64,000 nt of DNA from NCBI GenBank assembly GCA_951406725.2, contig OX597829.1, positions 8,122,001 through 8,186,000 of the forward strand, read 5' to 3'. Source of the stretch: Octopus vulgaris. Lineage: Eukaryota. The number at the start of each line of letters is the position of its first letter. Positions within the stretch are counted from its first letter, which is position 1. The notes beneath the pieces are model-generated. The model had not been told where the DNA came from. It ran no database searches and worked only from the letters and a program-made list of their open reading frames with translations. Both the position numbers and the translations under genes were made by a program. Shown in pieces: positions 28,449 to 42,489 of the stretch.

Positions 28449-28713
28449 ATATCAAATATTTAGTCAATTAATACTAAATGATATTTTATACTTTTATTGA
28501 GTTCATTGTAAATTATTTACACATAGAATATTTCTAGTTCAATTGAGAACTTTTATTTCACTATTTTGTTCAACTCATCTCATGTAATAATTTTAAAGTT
28601 ATTTTATTGTCAATATTTATGATTCCGGTTATTTATTTGCAATGTTAACTGATTGTGATCCAGTAAGAGATTTTTTAATCTTTCTTAGAAATTTTCGGTT
28701 CCTTCCTATAATG

Positions 28714-31046
28714 TCGTGATTCCCAACATGGGACGCTTGCTCCACCGGTGGGGCATGGTAATATTTTGGTGAGGACATGCGTAGGGCTATGTTATTTTTA
28801 TACCTCTTGTACACAATGAACGAGCACCCTTCTGTTTACTATACCAAAAACAAAGGGGCCAATTCGACAATTCGACAGTGAATTGCTTTCTAGTGAGTCT
28901 CTACAAGTATATGTATGTCTTAATAGATACGGCGTATAAACAGTATGGAGGTATACATTTTGTTGGCATTTATATTCCTTATTCAAATTTTTTTGTTTTG
29001 AATACTTCTTTAAATAATTTTTAATTATTCAATTATTTTTCAGGTTTATTCTAATTACTTGTAATATAAACCCTTTATGTCCTAATTTAATATTTGAAAA
29101 AATAACTGACAAGCCATATTAATACAACCAAGATATTGGAAAGATTTATCAAATGAGTCAGGCAAGTAAAAAAGTTTGTTAATATTCAGAGGAATATTTA
29201 AAATTTGGATTTATACCCACTATCCACAATGAACGGTCACCTTTCTGCCTCTTGTGCCAACAATGCTTGACCAACGAATCAATGAAACCAAATCGTCTTG
29301 AGCTGCATTTGAAGACGAAACATAGTGCGTATGAAAGCTCAGATTTGAATTACTTTAAGTCTTTGAAGGAGAAGTTTGCAAAAAGAACAACAATAATGTC
29401 TCTGTTTATTACACAATCTGTTAACGCCCGTCGTACTCTTGAGGCTAGTTATAAAATGTCATTATTCATTGCTAAATGTGAAAACAATCATACTATTGGA
29501 GAAGATTTAATTAAACTATCAATATCAGCATTTTTTAAAACAGTCCTGGAAAAAGATGACAAAGTGGTTCAAGCCATGCCACTCAGTAACAATACTGTTA
29601 GTCAAAGAATAGATGAAATGAGTGAAGATATTGTAACACATGTTAAAAGCTAAAATCAAGAAAATTCTCGTTACAAATGGATGAATCAACTCTAAAAGAT
29701 AGCGGAGATCGTATAGCTAACATATGTAAAATATATTGATGAAAGTGAATTTGTTGAAGAAATGATATTCTGCAAATCATTAGAATCCACCACCACCGCA
29801 CCCACCACTGATATATATAAGATAAGTTAAAAAATTACTTGGATGTCAACAATATACCGATAGAGAACATAACATCTTGTGCCGCAGATGGTGCTCCTGT
29901 TATGATGGGCAAGAAAAAAGGCTGCTTAAAATTGATGAAAGATGAGAATCCAGAAATGCTTCCTGTGTTATTCTTAGAGAGAACTTAGTATCCTAAAATA
30001 TGTCCCCTGTTCTCAAAGAGGTACTAAAATCAGTTATGAAATGTATCAATTCTATCAAAGCTAATGCGAAATGAGAGCGTCTTTTCAAGCAGCAGACTAT
30101 GGTAAGGTGGATCTCAAAGGGGAATTGCTTGAAAAGATTTATGGAACTATTTGATGTCGTTAGTGACTTTTTAAGTGACGTGACTGAAATGAATCGTCTG
30201 CTAACCGTTGATGGTAAAGCATTTGTGAGTTATTCAAGAGATATCTTTGAAAAACTGAATGTTTTAACTGAATTGAGGTATGTCAAAAAAATATTTTTGA
30301 TCAGTTTTATTGGCTAAAAAAACGTGAGGTGACCGATATTAGTGTACTTGTCAATGTGGATAATCTGAAAATATTGGCCTCTGATTTGAAAGAAAGATTT
30401 TCTGATGGATTTAAAACAAATTGATTTTCTACCATGGGTGATGCAGCAAATGCTAGTGGATATATCTGATGTTTCGATAGAGTACTAATAAGAACTCTCG
30501 GAAATGGAAAATGCTGAGTCAGTGAAAACTTTATTCAATATAAAAGGAGTGATGTCATGGCTTTGTGATGAGACAGAAGCCAAATACCCAAACTCAACCA
30601 ACTTGCTGAATGTGGCTTTAGTGCTATAAATGATTTGTTATTGAAGAAAAGAAATCGACTGGATATCACTAAAGGAGGAGACTTGAGACTAAAGCTGACT
30701 AAATTGGTGCCTAATATAAAATCTCTCAGTAGCAGGCATGAAACACAAGGATCTCACTAACTTTAGTTTACTTATTTTATATTCAAATATTTTATATTTC
30801 TGCATTTCAGTTCTCCATTATGTTTTTGAAACTTTATTTAACTGTCCTTCCGTTTTCTATTTTTTCTCTTTCATGAATGCCATGTTCTCTGGAAGCTTGT
30901 TTAGAGACCAAGTTAATAGCCTTTTAAGCTTCCTCCAAGTAAATTGTAGTAAAATTTTGAATAACAAAAATTAAATATCACAAGGGTGCATCAGAACTTT
31001 AGATATGATTTGGCGGGGTATGGCCAGAAGTTGGTGGGAACCACTG
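28714..31046 (+). mobile_element. Decayed hAT DNA transposon (Buster/Charlie type, BED-finger transposase)
   Basis: CLLCQQCLTNESMKPNRLELHLKTKH, HTIGEDLIK, PLSNNTVSQRI, QMDEST, CAADGAPVMMG, VRWISKG; TIRs (TC)GTGATTCCCA / GGGAACCACTG; 8-bp TSD CTATAATG/CCATAATG with central TA. Confidence 0.9.
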
Positions 31047-31985
31047 CCATAATGTATATTTTCGAATTATATTTATTTTGACATCCAGATGGCGATTGAC
31101 ACATAATGTGTTTCGCCAGTTGGACATGGGTACGTCGGTCCCAATATCTTAATGTGTGACTGTGTGAATGTCGGTAATGTATACCGAAGATCTGTTTCAG
31201 TGTGATAAATAAATTTGTCACTCACTCTCTCTTTCTCTCTCTCTCTCTCACACACGAGCACATATATTTCTATATATTCACGTGCGAATACACACGCACA
31301 AAACACACTCACACACACACACAAAAGCACACTCACACACACAAAAAAGCACACTCACATTCACACACACACACACACACACACACATATTCACACACAC
31401 AAACACACACACGCACACACACACACGCACCCCACACACACATACACACACACACACACACACTCTCTCTCCTATATGTTCTATTTAACATTTCTATTCG
31501 TTTGTCTGTTTGACTCTAGACAGCCGCCATATTTGGCCAATGCCTTGTACTACTTTTTTTTTCATTCTGGTACTTATTCTGTCTGCCTCTATTTGACCAA
31601 ATCGGCAAATGACGAGGACATAAACATATAAACGCCAGTTGCCAAGCAGTGTCACGTAAAATCAAGTTACGATGAGAGACAGACAAACGCAGAGGCGCGC
31701 GCGCACATACGCACACACATTCATAGATCTTCGTTTATACAAACACACACACACCCATATATATATATATGCCAATTAGTGAATAACAAATGAATAGGAG
31801 TTACGTAATGTGATTCATTACCTCACAGCTGTTCACGATATAAGAAACAGAGCACTTAAAGCTGCATGCTTGTGCAACCTTCTATAACAACCTCGGATCC
31901 ACATATATATATGCGATAATCTTCTGCACAATTTTCCTCTGCAAAATTCACTCATGCACATTACTTAGCCCAGATCTATTGAAAA

Positions 31986-32027
<42 letters not shown>

Positions 32028-32046
32028 AGATATATATTCAAAATTA

Positions 32047-32150
32047 AGAGGAATGACCACTAAAGTGGACACCCTATATGCTAAACATAGACGTCAAATT
32101 TAATGCCTATGTTTAGCATATAGGGTGTCCACTTTAGTGGTCATTCCTCT
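32047..32150. repeat. Perfect 44-bp inverted repeat (hairpin), 16-nt spacer
   Basis: 32047-32090 is the exact reverse complement of 32107-32150; a second hairpin lies at 32223-32296. Confidence 0.95.
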
Positions 32151-32397
32151 AAATTTTGTATGTAACACAATTTTTAATCTTCGGATTTTTAAGTATGCTA
32201 AGCCACTGGTTTTAATTGATTAACATCAATTTCTACCCTTATTATTTAATTATATATATATATACATAATTAAATAATAAGGGGAGAAATTGATGTATAT
32301 ATATATATATATATATATAAATTGTTAAAGAGCACAACAATCATTAAGGCAAATATCTCGAGTCGTATACAATATTATTATAGGAAAAAATTCAAAG

Positions 32398-32451
32398 TCT
32401 TACAGCTGTTTCAGGGATATCCCCGAGTATGAGGTATTCCGTCATCAGAGA
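32398..32451 (-). ncRNA. Type I hammerhead ribozyme
   Basis: Minus strand TCT-CTGATGA-C-GGAATACCTC(atactc)GGGGATATCCCT-GAAACAGCTGTA-AGA. Confidence 0.8.
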
Positions 32452-32631
32452 AAAATAGGGGAAATTAGAGAAAAAGAGACTGGTATATATTAATGAGATA
32501 ATGACATAGAGGAAGGGAGGGAAAGAATAAGGAGATGGAAAGAAAAAAGAAGCACAAAAGTTCATGATTCAACTTTCCGAAGTTATAGAAGCAAGAGAAT
32601 AAGTCCTAAGGTGCAATCCTGCGTAGATCCA

Positions 32632-35600
32632 TGTTGTATCGCTCGTTCGCCGATATAACGGGATAATAGTAACGTCCTCGCAAATCGTTCTACTCAAGAT
32701 ACACAATACTTGTAATTGCACTCGACAATACGCAACTCTCGGCTCTACACGTCTCACCGACTCTCTCACCACACTCTCTGCGCATGTCCATTTATATTGT
32801 GCCAACCAAATAGTGTTCTACTTCTACACAACACCTCCCACTTTTGAGATTGGCTTTGTACCTTTTGTTTCATTTATTTATTTATTCTTTTATTGTTATC
32901 ATAATTTTGTTTCCTTGGTGAGAATCTGATATATCTCTTTCTCTTGGCATTAATTTCCATAATCTCTGTATGTTTTCTTTTCCTGTTCGTCCTATGTGTC
33001 AGTTCTGCTTTCACTTGCGATTCTGGGACCTCAAACATGTCATACCATATAGCCATTGGCTCATCTGGCCTTTCTTGATTCTTGGTATATCTTTTCTTTA
33101 ATTGGTTAAAATGCTTTTATGTTCATATTTTGGTCCTTTTACCATATACATCACATTACCCAGGCGTCCAATTATATTACCTTGTTCCCTGTCCTGTTTT
33201 CCGTTTTCATATATTTTAAAATACACTTCTTCACCTGTGCTAAAAAAATTCGTTCTACTTCCTGCATTTTGTATTTTCTGTTTCCTACTCGGCAACAGTT
33301 TGAAAAACACAGAACATCAAATCTGCATGTGACCTACCCGACTCTGTATTTGGATTCGGTATTATTCTGTACACCGTAAGAACTTTGACATATTTCTATC
33401 TTCAAAAGCTTCCTGTCTGGTCTTTCTTTAGGCTCTCTTGAATGTGTCGGTGAATCTTTCCGCTAACCCATTTGACCTTGGGTGGTATGCGGAGCCATTT
33501 GGAATAGCTATCCACCACGATGAGCCATTTATTGGTCCTGCGAAATCTGCATGCAGTCTAGACCATGCTGAATCCGCTTTTGGCCATGGCTATATCTGCA
33601 CTGGGGGTGCGTTTGCTGCCATAGCGCATCCCCTACATTGTTTTAGCCGTCTCTCAATTTGTACATATTTGGCCAATACACGTATCTTCTCATGAGGCTT
33701 TTCATCCAGGCAATCTCCGGATGTCCTACATAGAAGCCTTTCAATAGTCTGTTTTGCAGTGCTTCAGGTATTACCACCCTTTGTGCATATAATAATACAT
33801 CATCACATACTGAATAATGCTTTGAACCTGCATTCCGCTCATTTATATTATTTTTCGTATTATTTTCCAACAGTATTTTTAAAATCTTGTTTATGAACAT
33901 ATCTTTTTTTTTTATGCTAATTTAATTTCTTCTAGCGTTACTAGCAAATCACATACTACATTGCACAAAATGTTCCTCAGTTCCATTTCTAGTTTTAACG
34001 GCGCAATCACCGTGTCTTCAAAAGGTTCCTTATATTTTGGAATTAGCCTAGACAACCCGTCTGCTTATCCCATTTTCTTTGATGGCAAAACTCCATCTGA
34101 ATATCATAGTTCAACAGGGTAGTCCACCAGTGCTGTAAGCAGTTTGCTGAATGCGTGGGGATACCCTTTTTCGAACCGAAAATAGAAGGTAACGGTCGGT
34201 GATCAGTTCGCAGTGTGGGAATTTATGGAATCTCTATACTGTGAAGATTAATGATAAAGCCTCCTTTTCAATCTGGCTGTAGTTTTTTTTCTGGTGCAAT
34301 AACTTTGATTTTACTATCATTAAAATTGTGCAATATTTCAGCTATACCATATTCTCTGGGATCCGATGTCAATTATTTTCAGGTATGAGTTGAAATGAGT
34401 TAATGGTAACTCTGATGTCAACCTCTTTTTTAATTCCTCGAATGCTTTCCGACATTCGTTTGTCCTACCCCATTTCGTGTCTTTAAATTATTCAACGGAG
34501 CTCTTAGCTCATACATTTTAGGTATGTACAGCTGGTAATAACTTATACCAGACCTAAAAATGCTTGTAATGATGTTTCATTAGTGGAAGCAGGCATATTT
34601 CTTATCACGTCGACCCTTGCAGGGTTCAGTTTGCGTCCGTTTTCATCGATCACCTGTTTTTAAAAAATCGCATTTATTTTCATTTACTTTAAATCCATAG
34701 TTGCTTATTCTTTTAAAGACATTGTTTTACATGTTCAATATGCTGGTCCTTCGGTTCACTTTTGATCGATATGTCATCCAAGTATGGGACCGCAAATTCA
34801 CAATCTGCTAGCATAGTATCCATCACTTGCTGAAATATTGCTGGTGCGACCTTAACCCCAAATGACAGTCTTTGAAACGGTACAGACCTTTATGAGTATT
34901 AATTGTTAATACTTTAGCAAATTCTTCATCTACCAGCAACTGGAGGTAGGCCTCTGACAAATCCAGCTTGGGAAACATTTTCCCACCACTGCACTTAGCA
35001 AATATTTCTTTTGGGTTTGGAAGCAGATAGTTGTAACTTTTCAGACAATCATTAAGACTTGTTGAAAAGTCCTCACATACTCTTATTTTGTTGTTCTTCG
35101 TTTTTATATATACAGTAGGAGCCGCCCACTCTGAGTAGTCAACTTTTTCAATTACCTCCATGTCTTCCAATCTTTTTAGTTCTTTCTCAACTCGATTTAA
35201 CGCCTCAAAAGGTACATTCCTTTTCGGTTTGAGCACCGGCATCGCATTTTCATTCAACTCAAACTTTACTTTGAATTTTTTTTACACGTTCCAAGTTTCT
35301 TCGAGAACACATCAGGGTAAATCTTTAATGTTAATTTCAGTTTTTCCTACGCATTACCTAACATGGACTGTGACACATTCACCTTATTACATAATGTATT
35401 CAATGGTAAATCCCATAGGTCGAATTCTTCCATTAAATCTGTACCGAACAAATTCATCGTATTTTTAAACACCATTATTTTACTTTCCCGAGTCATTTCT
35501 TTAAGTAATATTTCTGGCCAAATTTCGCCCCCAAGAATTGAACTCATTTCCCTGATACACCGTGAGCTATCTTAGAATTTTTTTGTATTCCGGCCTTCCT

Positions 35601-37506
35601 ATATTAATCCATGATGCCGTATTAATTATCGGCACGACTGAACCGGTATCAAATTGCATTTTCGTCTGAAAACCATTTATTTCTTATTTCTTTATTGCCC
35701 ACAAGGGGCTAAACATAGAGGGAACAAACAAGGACAGACAAAGGGATTAAGTCGATTAAGTGCGTAACTGGTACTTAATTTATCGACCCCGAAACGATGA
35801 AAGGCAAAGTCGACCACGGCGGAATTTGAACTCAGAACGTAAAGACAGACGAAATACCTATTTCTATTTCTTTACTACCCACAAGGGGCTAAACACAGAG
35901 GGGACGAACAAGGACAGACAAACGGATTAAGTCGATTATATCGACCCAGTGCATAACTGGTACTTATTTAATCGACCCCGAAAGGATGAAAGGCAAAGTC
36001 GACCTCGGCGGAATTTGAGCTCAGAACGTAATGGCAGACGAAATACCTATTTCTTTATTACCCACAAGGGCCTAAACATAGAGGGGACAAACAAGGACAG
36101 ACATAGGTATTAAGTCGATTACATCGACTCCAGTGCGTAACTGGTACTTAATTTATCGACCCCGAAAGGATGAAAGGCAAAGTCGACCTCAGCGGAATTT
36201 GAACTCACAACGTTGCGCCAGACAAAATACCGCCAAGCATTTCGTCCGGCACGCTAACGTTTCTGCCAGCTCACCACTTTCTTTCTATCGACACAAATTT
36301 TTGGTTTTCTAATGGTATAATTTATTTTTGTTGAGTAGACTTTCTTCGGTTTCCCATGTCTTAGATTTTTCTTCAACCAACATTTTAACTGTCCATTCCC
36401 AATTTAACTGCATTTAACTTTTTTTATCTTTAAAGGGGCAATCTTTCTTAAAATGCAAGTTTCCGCAACTATAGCCCTGTTTTGGAATTGTCTGTCTTTT
36501 TTCTTCCAAGTTTCGTTACACGTTTGTATATTATTATTATTGTCTTCTATTTTTCTTGTATCTTCTCGAAGGTTTATTATTTGTTTGCATTCCTCAGCCA
36601 CTTTCTGTAAGGTTAGTTCGACATCTTGATTCAACCTTGATAATAGTCTAAATTTCCGCGTCTTCCGTTGCCACAAGCCGTTCAACGAATACTAGTCACT
36701 TGAACATATCTGGCGTTAATTCTCCAAGCTCGGCATTTGTTACAAAATCGCCGAAATCATTCTTTTTTAAATTTAAACATTCCCACCGTATGTTAAGTAG
36801 TGAACATTTTCTCTAAAAATATTAACCAAAATATTTATCGTTTCATCAAAACATTATTCCGCGGGCTATCTCGGTAAAATAAAGTTACAAAAACTTTCAT
36901 GTTCCGGAGGGGCAAGCTTTCGCAAAAGGAGCCTTCTGTTCCTTTCACTAGACCATCCCTTGCATTCCTCTTTGAATATGTCCTCGTATCGTCTGTAATA
37001 CGCGGTAAAGGTACTTTCTTCATTCGATTTGAAATTCTTTGATAGAGTTGGCAACACCGTCCGCTGAAAATGATTGTCATATTTTTTGACTGCAGTAACA
37101 ATTCTGTTAACTTCTGTAGTTGCTACTGTTGCTGCTCTTGTTGTTTGACAACTGCTTTCAGTAACTCTTCCATTTCGGTACTATTTTCAGTTTCAATATT
37201 GTTCGAATCCTCGGTACTGTTCGAAACTTCGTCACTACTATTGTATCAGTGGCGATATTGTCCGAATCCTCGTCACCACTGTTTTATTGCACGTTCGCCG
37301 TACGATATAACGGGGTAATAAATAATGTCCTCACAAATTGTTCTACTCAAGATACACCATGCTTGTAATTACACTCGACAATACGCAATTCTCTGTTTTA
37401 TACATCTCACCGACTCTCTCCCCACACTCTCTGCGCATGTCCATTTATATTGTGGCACAGTCCATTAGGAGCCAACCAAATTGGGGTGTTCTGCTTCCAC
37501 ACAACA
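32632..37506 (-). mobile_element. Complete but decayed Ty3/Gypsy LTR retrotransposon (Mag-like)
   Basis: LTRs 32632-32833 and 37280-37506 (TG...CA), TSD ATCCA (32627-32631, 37507-37511), PBS TGGTGACGAGGAT at 37266-37278 complementary (one mismatch) to the tRNA-Ser(GCT) 3' end, PPT AAAAGTGGGAGG; gag remnants 36400-37100, protease FDTGS near 35650, RT (WAAPTV..IRVCEDF..KLDLSEAYLQ..INTHKGLYRF) 34823-35257, integrase (GHP..MKSLMRRYVYWP, WSRLHADFAGP) 33100-33900. Confidence 0.93.
35683..36278 (-). mobile_element. tRNA-derived SINE as head-to-tail trimer nested in the Gypsy protease region
   Basis: One complete head (GGTGAGCTGGCAGAAACGTTAGC..GAGTTCAAATTCC..GCCTTTCATCCTTTCGGGGTCGATAAATTAAGTACCAG) plus two about 180-bp 5'-truncated repeats. 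Confidence 0.85.
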
Positions 37507-38305
37507 ATCCAAGAGCGTAAGTCCTTAGGTGCAATCCTGCGTGGATCCATGTGGGTTAAAATCCTGATATAGTAGACTTTTAGAGGAAAAAGAAGCGAAA
37601 ATACCGACGTTCAATAACAGAATGGTAGAAGAGGTGGCTATTAAGTGGTAAAAGGAAATAAATAGAAAGAGAAGTAGAATGGGGTAGTGGTGGAATTTAA
37701 AGATTGGCTATAGGATAAAGTAAGGTGTATATGATGTCTAAGAATTGTGTACGGGGTACTCGAGAAGGTAAGAGAGAGGATGAGGCGGTAGTGAAGGATA
37801 GTGTAAAAAATTGAGCAAAATGAAAGGAATTTAAAGAGAGTAATAGGTGTCTGTGGTAGTTTTAAAGTCTAAAGGTGTTGGAGAGGAAAACTAACAGTAA
37901 CCGCTTGTGTCAGTTCTGGCTAAGGTCAGTGGCTGTAGTGTTATTTTTAGCAAAGGGGTTATGTTTGTGTAGGTAGTCGAGAATGGTAGGGCTAGTTGAA
38001 TGTTAAATTATTTATTACCACTTAATAACCACCTCCGCTACCATTCTGTTATTGAACGTTGATATGTTCGCGTCTTTTTTTTCTGGATGTCTACTTTATC
38101 CTGATCTTAACCCGCATGGATCTACGCAGGATTGCACCTTAGGACTTGCACTTCTCTTGCTTCTATAACTTCGGAAAGTTGAACTATAAACTTTTATGCT
38201 TCTTTCTTTTTTTTTCTTTCCATCTCCTTATTCTTTCCCTCCCTTCCTCTATGTCATCATCTCATTAACATATACCAGTCTCATTTTCTCTATTTTCCCC
38301 TATTT

Positions 38306-38361
38306 GTCTCCGATGACGGAATATCCCATACTCAGGGATATCTCAGAAACAGCTGTAAGAC
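38306..38361 (+). ncRNA. Hammerhead ribozyme, U4C-mutated sister of 32398-32451
   Basis: GTCT-CCGATGA-C-GGAATATCCC(atactca)GGGATATCTCA-GAAACAGCTGTA-AGAC. Confidence 0.7.
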
Positions 38362-38663
38362 TGAATTTTTTTTCTAATAATAATAATAATAATGTATATG
38401 ACTTGAGATGTTTGCTTTGCCTCAATGCTTGTTGCCCTCTTTAACAATTATATATCCACTGCATCGGAAATCTGCAATGGCTCCATAGCTACAGTCTCGA
38501 TTATAACCTTGGAGTAATCCGTTACAGCACTTACCTAGCGCACCTAATCGTTTAGATAACCTCAATACTTTGTATTTATACATATACATAATATATACAC
38601 ACACACACAAACACACGCACACACACACGCAATCACACACACACACGCACGCACACACACATA

Positions 38664-39225
38664 TAAGATCTCGCCAAAATATGGTGGGCAAAAAGGCTCG
38701 CTACGAAGGTAAACAATAGGGGATTATCTCTCTTTACCACTGGCTATCGACTTCCGGCTGTGCCGCCATCTTGCGGATTCCAAAACCCTAACATGAATTT
38801 CCTAAAATGTAATCATGGCCCGAAAATCTCCGTTCTGGAGTTAAGGGTCATCCTGGTTCGAGTGAGTATTTTAGGATTCTCGGCGTTCAGCTTTATATAA
38901 CTGGCAACGCTTTGTCCTGTTGATGTAGGGGCCTGGAGTTTCGAGGATTTTCCATCAGATCGAGTATGGGATACCTTCATCTCTTAGTTGCCAGACGTGA
39001 CTTGCCAGCGATGTTACGTATCTCCTTTCCGGAACTCTGAAAGAGGACCTATGGCTGGAAAGACGCTGCTTGGGAAATCATCAAAAACCTAGGCCTCTAC
39101 ATCAACGAGACGAAACGTTGCAAGTTGAGCATAGCTGAACGCCGAAAATCTTAAAGGGGAGATAATCCCCTATTGCTTACCTTAGTAGCGAGGCTTTTCC
39201 CCCACAATATTTTGAAGAGGTCTTA
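38664..39225. mobile_element. MITE (about 560 bp) with about 70-bp imperfect TIRs
   Basis: TAAGATCTCGCCAAAATATGGTGGG..GCTACGAAGGTAAACAATAGGGGATTATCTC vs GAGATAATCCCCTATTGCTTACCTTAGTAGCG..CCCACAATATTTTGAAGAGGTCTTA; internal IR 38871-38897 / 39131-39155. Confidence 0.8.
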
Positions 39226-39356
39226 GGCCAACATGCTTTGGAGGCTGACGATAAGCCATAAAGCTAAACCCTTTATGGACGGGAAACCAAAGGCCTCCCC
39301 CCATTAAAACGTACACTGCTCTACATGTGCTTCGTTTCGGATTTATGTTTTCTACA

Positions 39357-40230
<874 letters not shown>

Positions 40231-40574
40231 GTATGTAAGAAAGAATGGGATTAAAAAGTCCTGGAAGATATCAAGTTAAATCTCAGTATAAAGGAATAAG
40301 GTTAAATTTCGAACAAGTAGATTTCAGTAAATGTAAGTAGAATAGAAATTCCAGGTAAATCTTCATGTATGATAAGTAAATCCAACAATTCTTAAGCAGA
40401 ATTTTAAGAAATTCAGAATATGTAACAGCAACCAGTAATATGTATGAAGAGAATCATATCTTTATCTTAGATCACAACTAAAAAATGCAACAATTGTTTC
40501 AATTGCATTAACATACGCGTACATATATATATTCTTACACGCACACGCACATACACACATGCACATCTATCAAT

Positions 40575-40672
<98 letters not shown>

Positions 40673-41104
40673 GTCTGTCTGTCTGTCTGTCTATATTATA
40701 TTATATTATTCTGTTCTACTCTAGGCACAAGGTCCGAATTTTTTAGAGAGGAGGCCAGTCGATTAGATCAACCCCAGTACGCAACTGGTACTTAATTTAT
40801 CGACCGCCGAAAGGTCGACATATACATAATATTATTAAATTAATAATAATATAGACGAAAAATTATGTCGACACAACATTATCAACGTATCAAAGTTGGT
40901 GAAATTCTAAGTGAACATTTGAAAAAAGTTTAGCTGTTAAAAAATCGCTAACAAAAAAAAACAAAAAAAAAGCGCCAAACCAAACTTAACTTTAGAATGC
41001 TTTCATTCAACCAAGTGCGACGTCATTGAATTTAGTTTATAAAAATGAAATATAAAAAGCACCATCAAGAAAACGTTATATAAATGGACACCCCAGAATA
41101 GGAT

Positions 41105-41163
41105 AATCTAGCACTTAGGCTTCGAACTCATTGTAAATTTGATTAGTCTTCATCAGCTGGATT
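41105..41163 (-). ncRNA. Decayed hammerhead
   Basis: Minus strand AATCCAG-CTGATGA-AGACT..AGTTC-GAAGCCTAAGTG-CTAGATT; 7-bp stem I with one mismatch. Confidence 0.5.
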
Positions 41164-41527
41164 TACCTGGACAATATTTCAAATGTTGCTACATCAATGC
41201 CAGTACACTCGCCTGAACGCTTAGCCGTTAACAGATCGAGAACAGTGACAACATTTTTAATGAAAAATAAAATATCGCTATACAAATGTATTACTTTCCA
41301 GTAAAATAAAGCACCGTAACGGTAGAAGTATAAATATAAAGTAGTGGTACAATAAAGCACCAATGTTTATAGGAAATAGCTGTCGATACATTTACGACGC
41401 TATACATTTACGACTTCAATGTGTATACTGGAAAACAAAAATGCGGACACATGGAGGTTTATATTCTTAAATTATTACATCTAGAAAAGTACAGGAAAAG
41501 CATATTTATACTTAAAATATTGCAGCT

Positions 41528-42210
41528 ATAGTTAAAATTTTAAAATATATTTAGATTTAAAAACTAACAATGCTAGCTTTTATTAGCTACTCTATAATTA
41601 AAAAAATTACTAAAAACATAAATTGAAGGCTGTAAGCAAAAACTATAAAAAAATGTTCAACTGCCTCATTAAAAATGTTTTTTCAATTATAAGTTTTTAA
41701 TAACTACTAAAAATTTAAATAGTATTCAATTGAAATTCCTTTTTTGCTCATCTTTTTGATAAAAATTGGCACACTATAATTCTTTGATAGACACAAGGCT
41801 GGTCTTCTGGAAATTTCGAAAAAGGCAAGTTCAATTGATACCTTTATAATAGCGTTGAGGCATAGGGGAGGGTACTGTAATATTTTCCAAAGAGAGGGAT
41901 ACTATTTCTAATTAAATTTTTTGCTTGGGTGGGTAGTTTATCATATAAAAAATTCTTCTTGGTGAGGGGCTACATAGTCCATATGTTATAAAATGTCGGG
42001 GGTGGTAAATTCCTCCGTACAGAAATAGGCGTATTTAAAAACTTGTTATTGAAAAATATTTTTAATGGTGTTACTGAAAATTCTTTTTATTTTTTGCTAA
42101 CAGTTAGCCTTAAATTTATTATTTGAGTTAATTTTTTAAATTTTAGAGTAGCTAACAAAAGCTATTATTTTTAGTTTTTAAATCCAAATATCTTTTAAAA
42201 TTTTAAGTAT
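41528..42210. mobile_element. Old AT-rich MITE with about 180-bp diverged inverted arms
   Basis: 41528-41705 is an approximate reverse complement of 42031-42210 (e.g. GCTTTTATTAGCTACTCTA / TAGAGTAGCTAACAAAAGC). Confidence 0.7.
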
Positions 42211-42489
42211 AAAAAAATTATTATAATTATATTGATAACCGTGCGAGTTGTAGTGGTGCTTGACTGAGAGCTACTGAAAGAACGTAGGACAATAACTTCT
42301 ATTTTATAGTTCATCCTCATCGTTTACTCGAAGGGTAAAGAACATGTCTAAAATTGTTTGTTTGTGGCGCATCATCTTTTTGTACACACCAGCGTAGGAA
42401 CTGGCTCATTGTAAACTCCAAGCGTAAATTTTTATTTATTTTTTACTATTAGGGTAACCCTAACCCTATTAGTAAAATCTTGCAGGACT

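Larger units (their letters stand above)
32320..38455. mobile_element. Non-coding PLE-type inverted-repeat element with an HHR in each arm, interrupted by the LTR retrotransposon
   Basis: Left arm 32320-32631 plus 37512-37655 is the reverse complement of right arm about 38015-38455. Confidence 0.8.
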
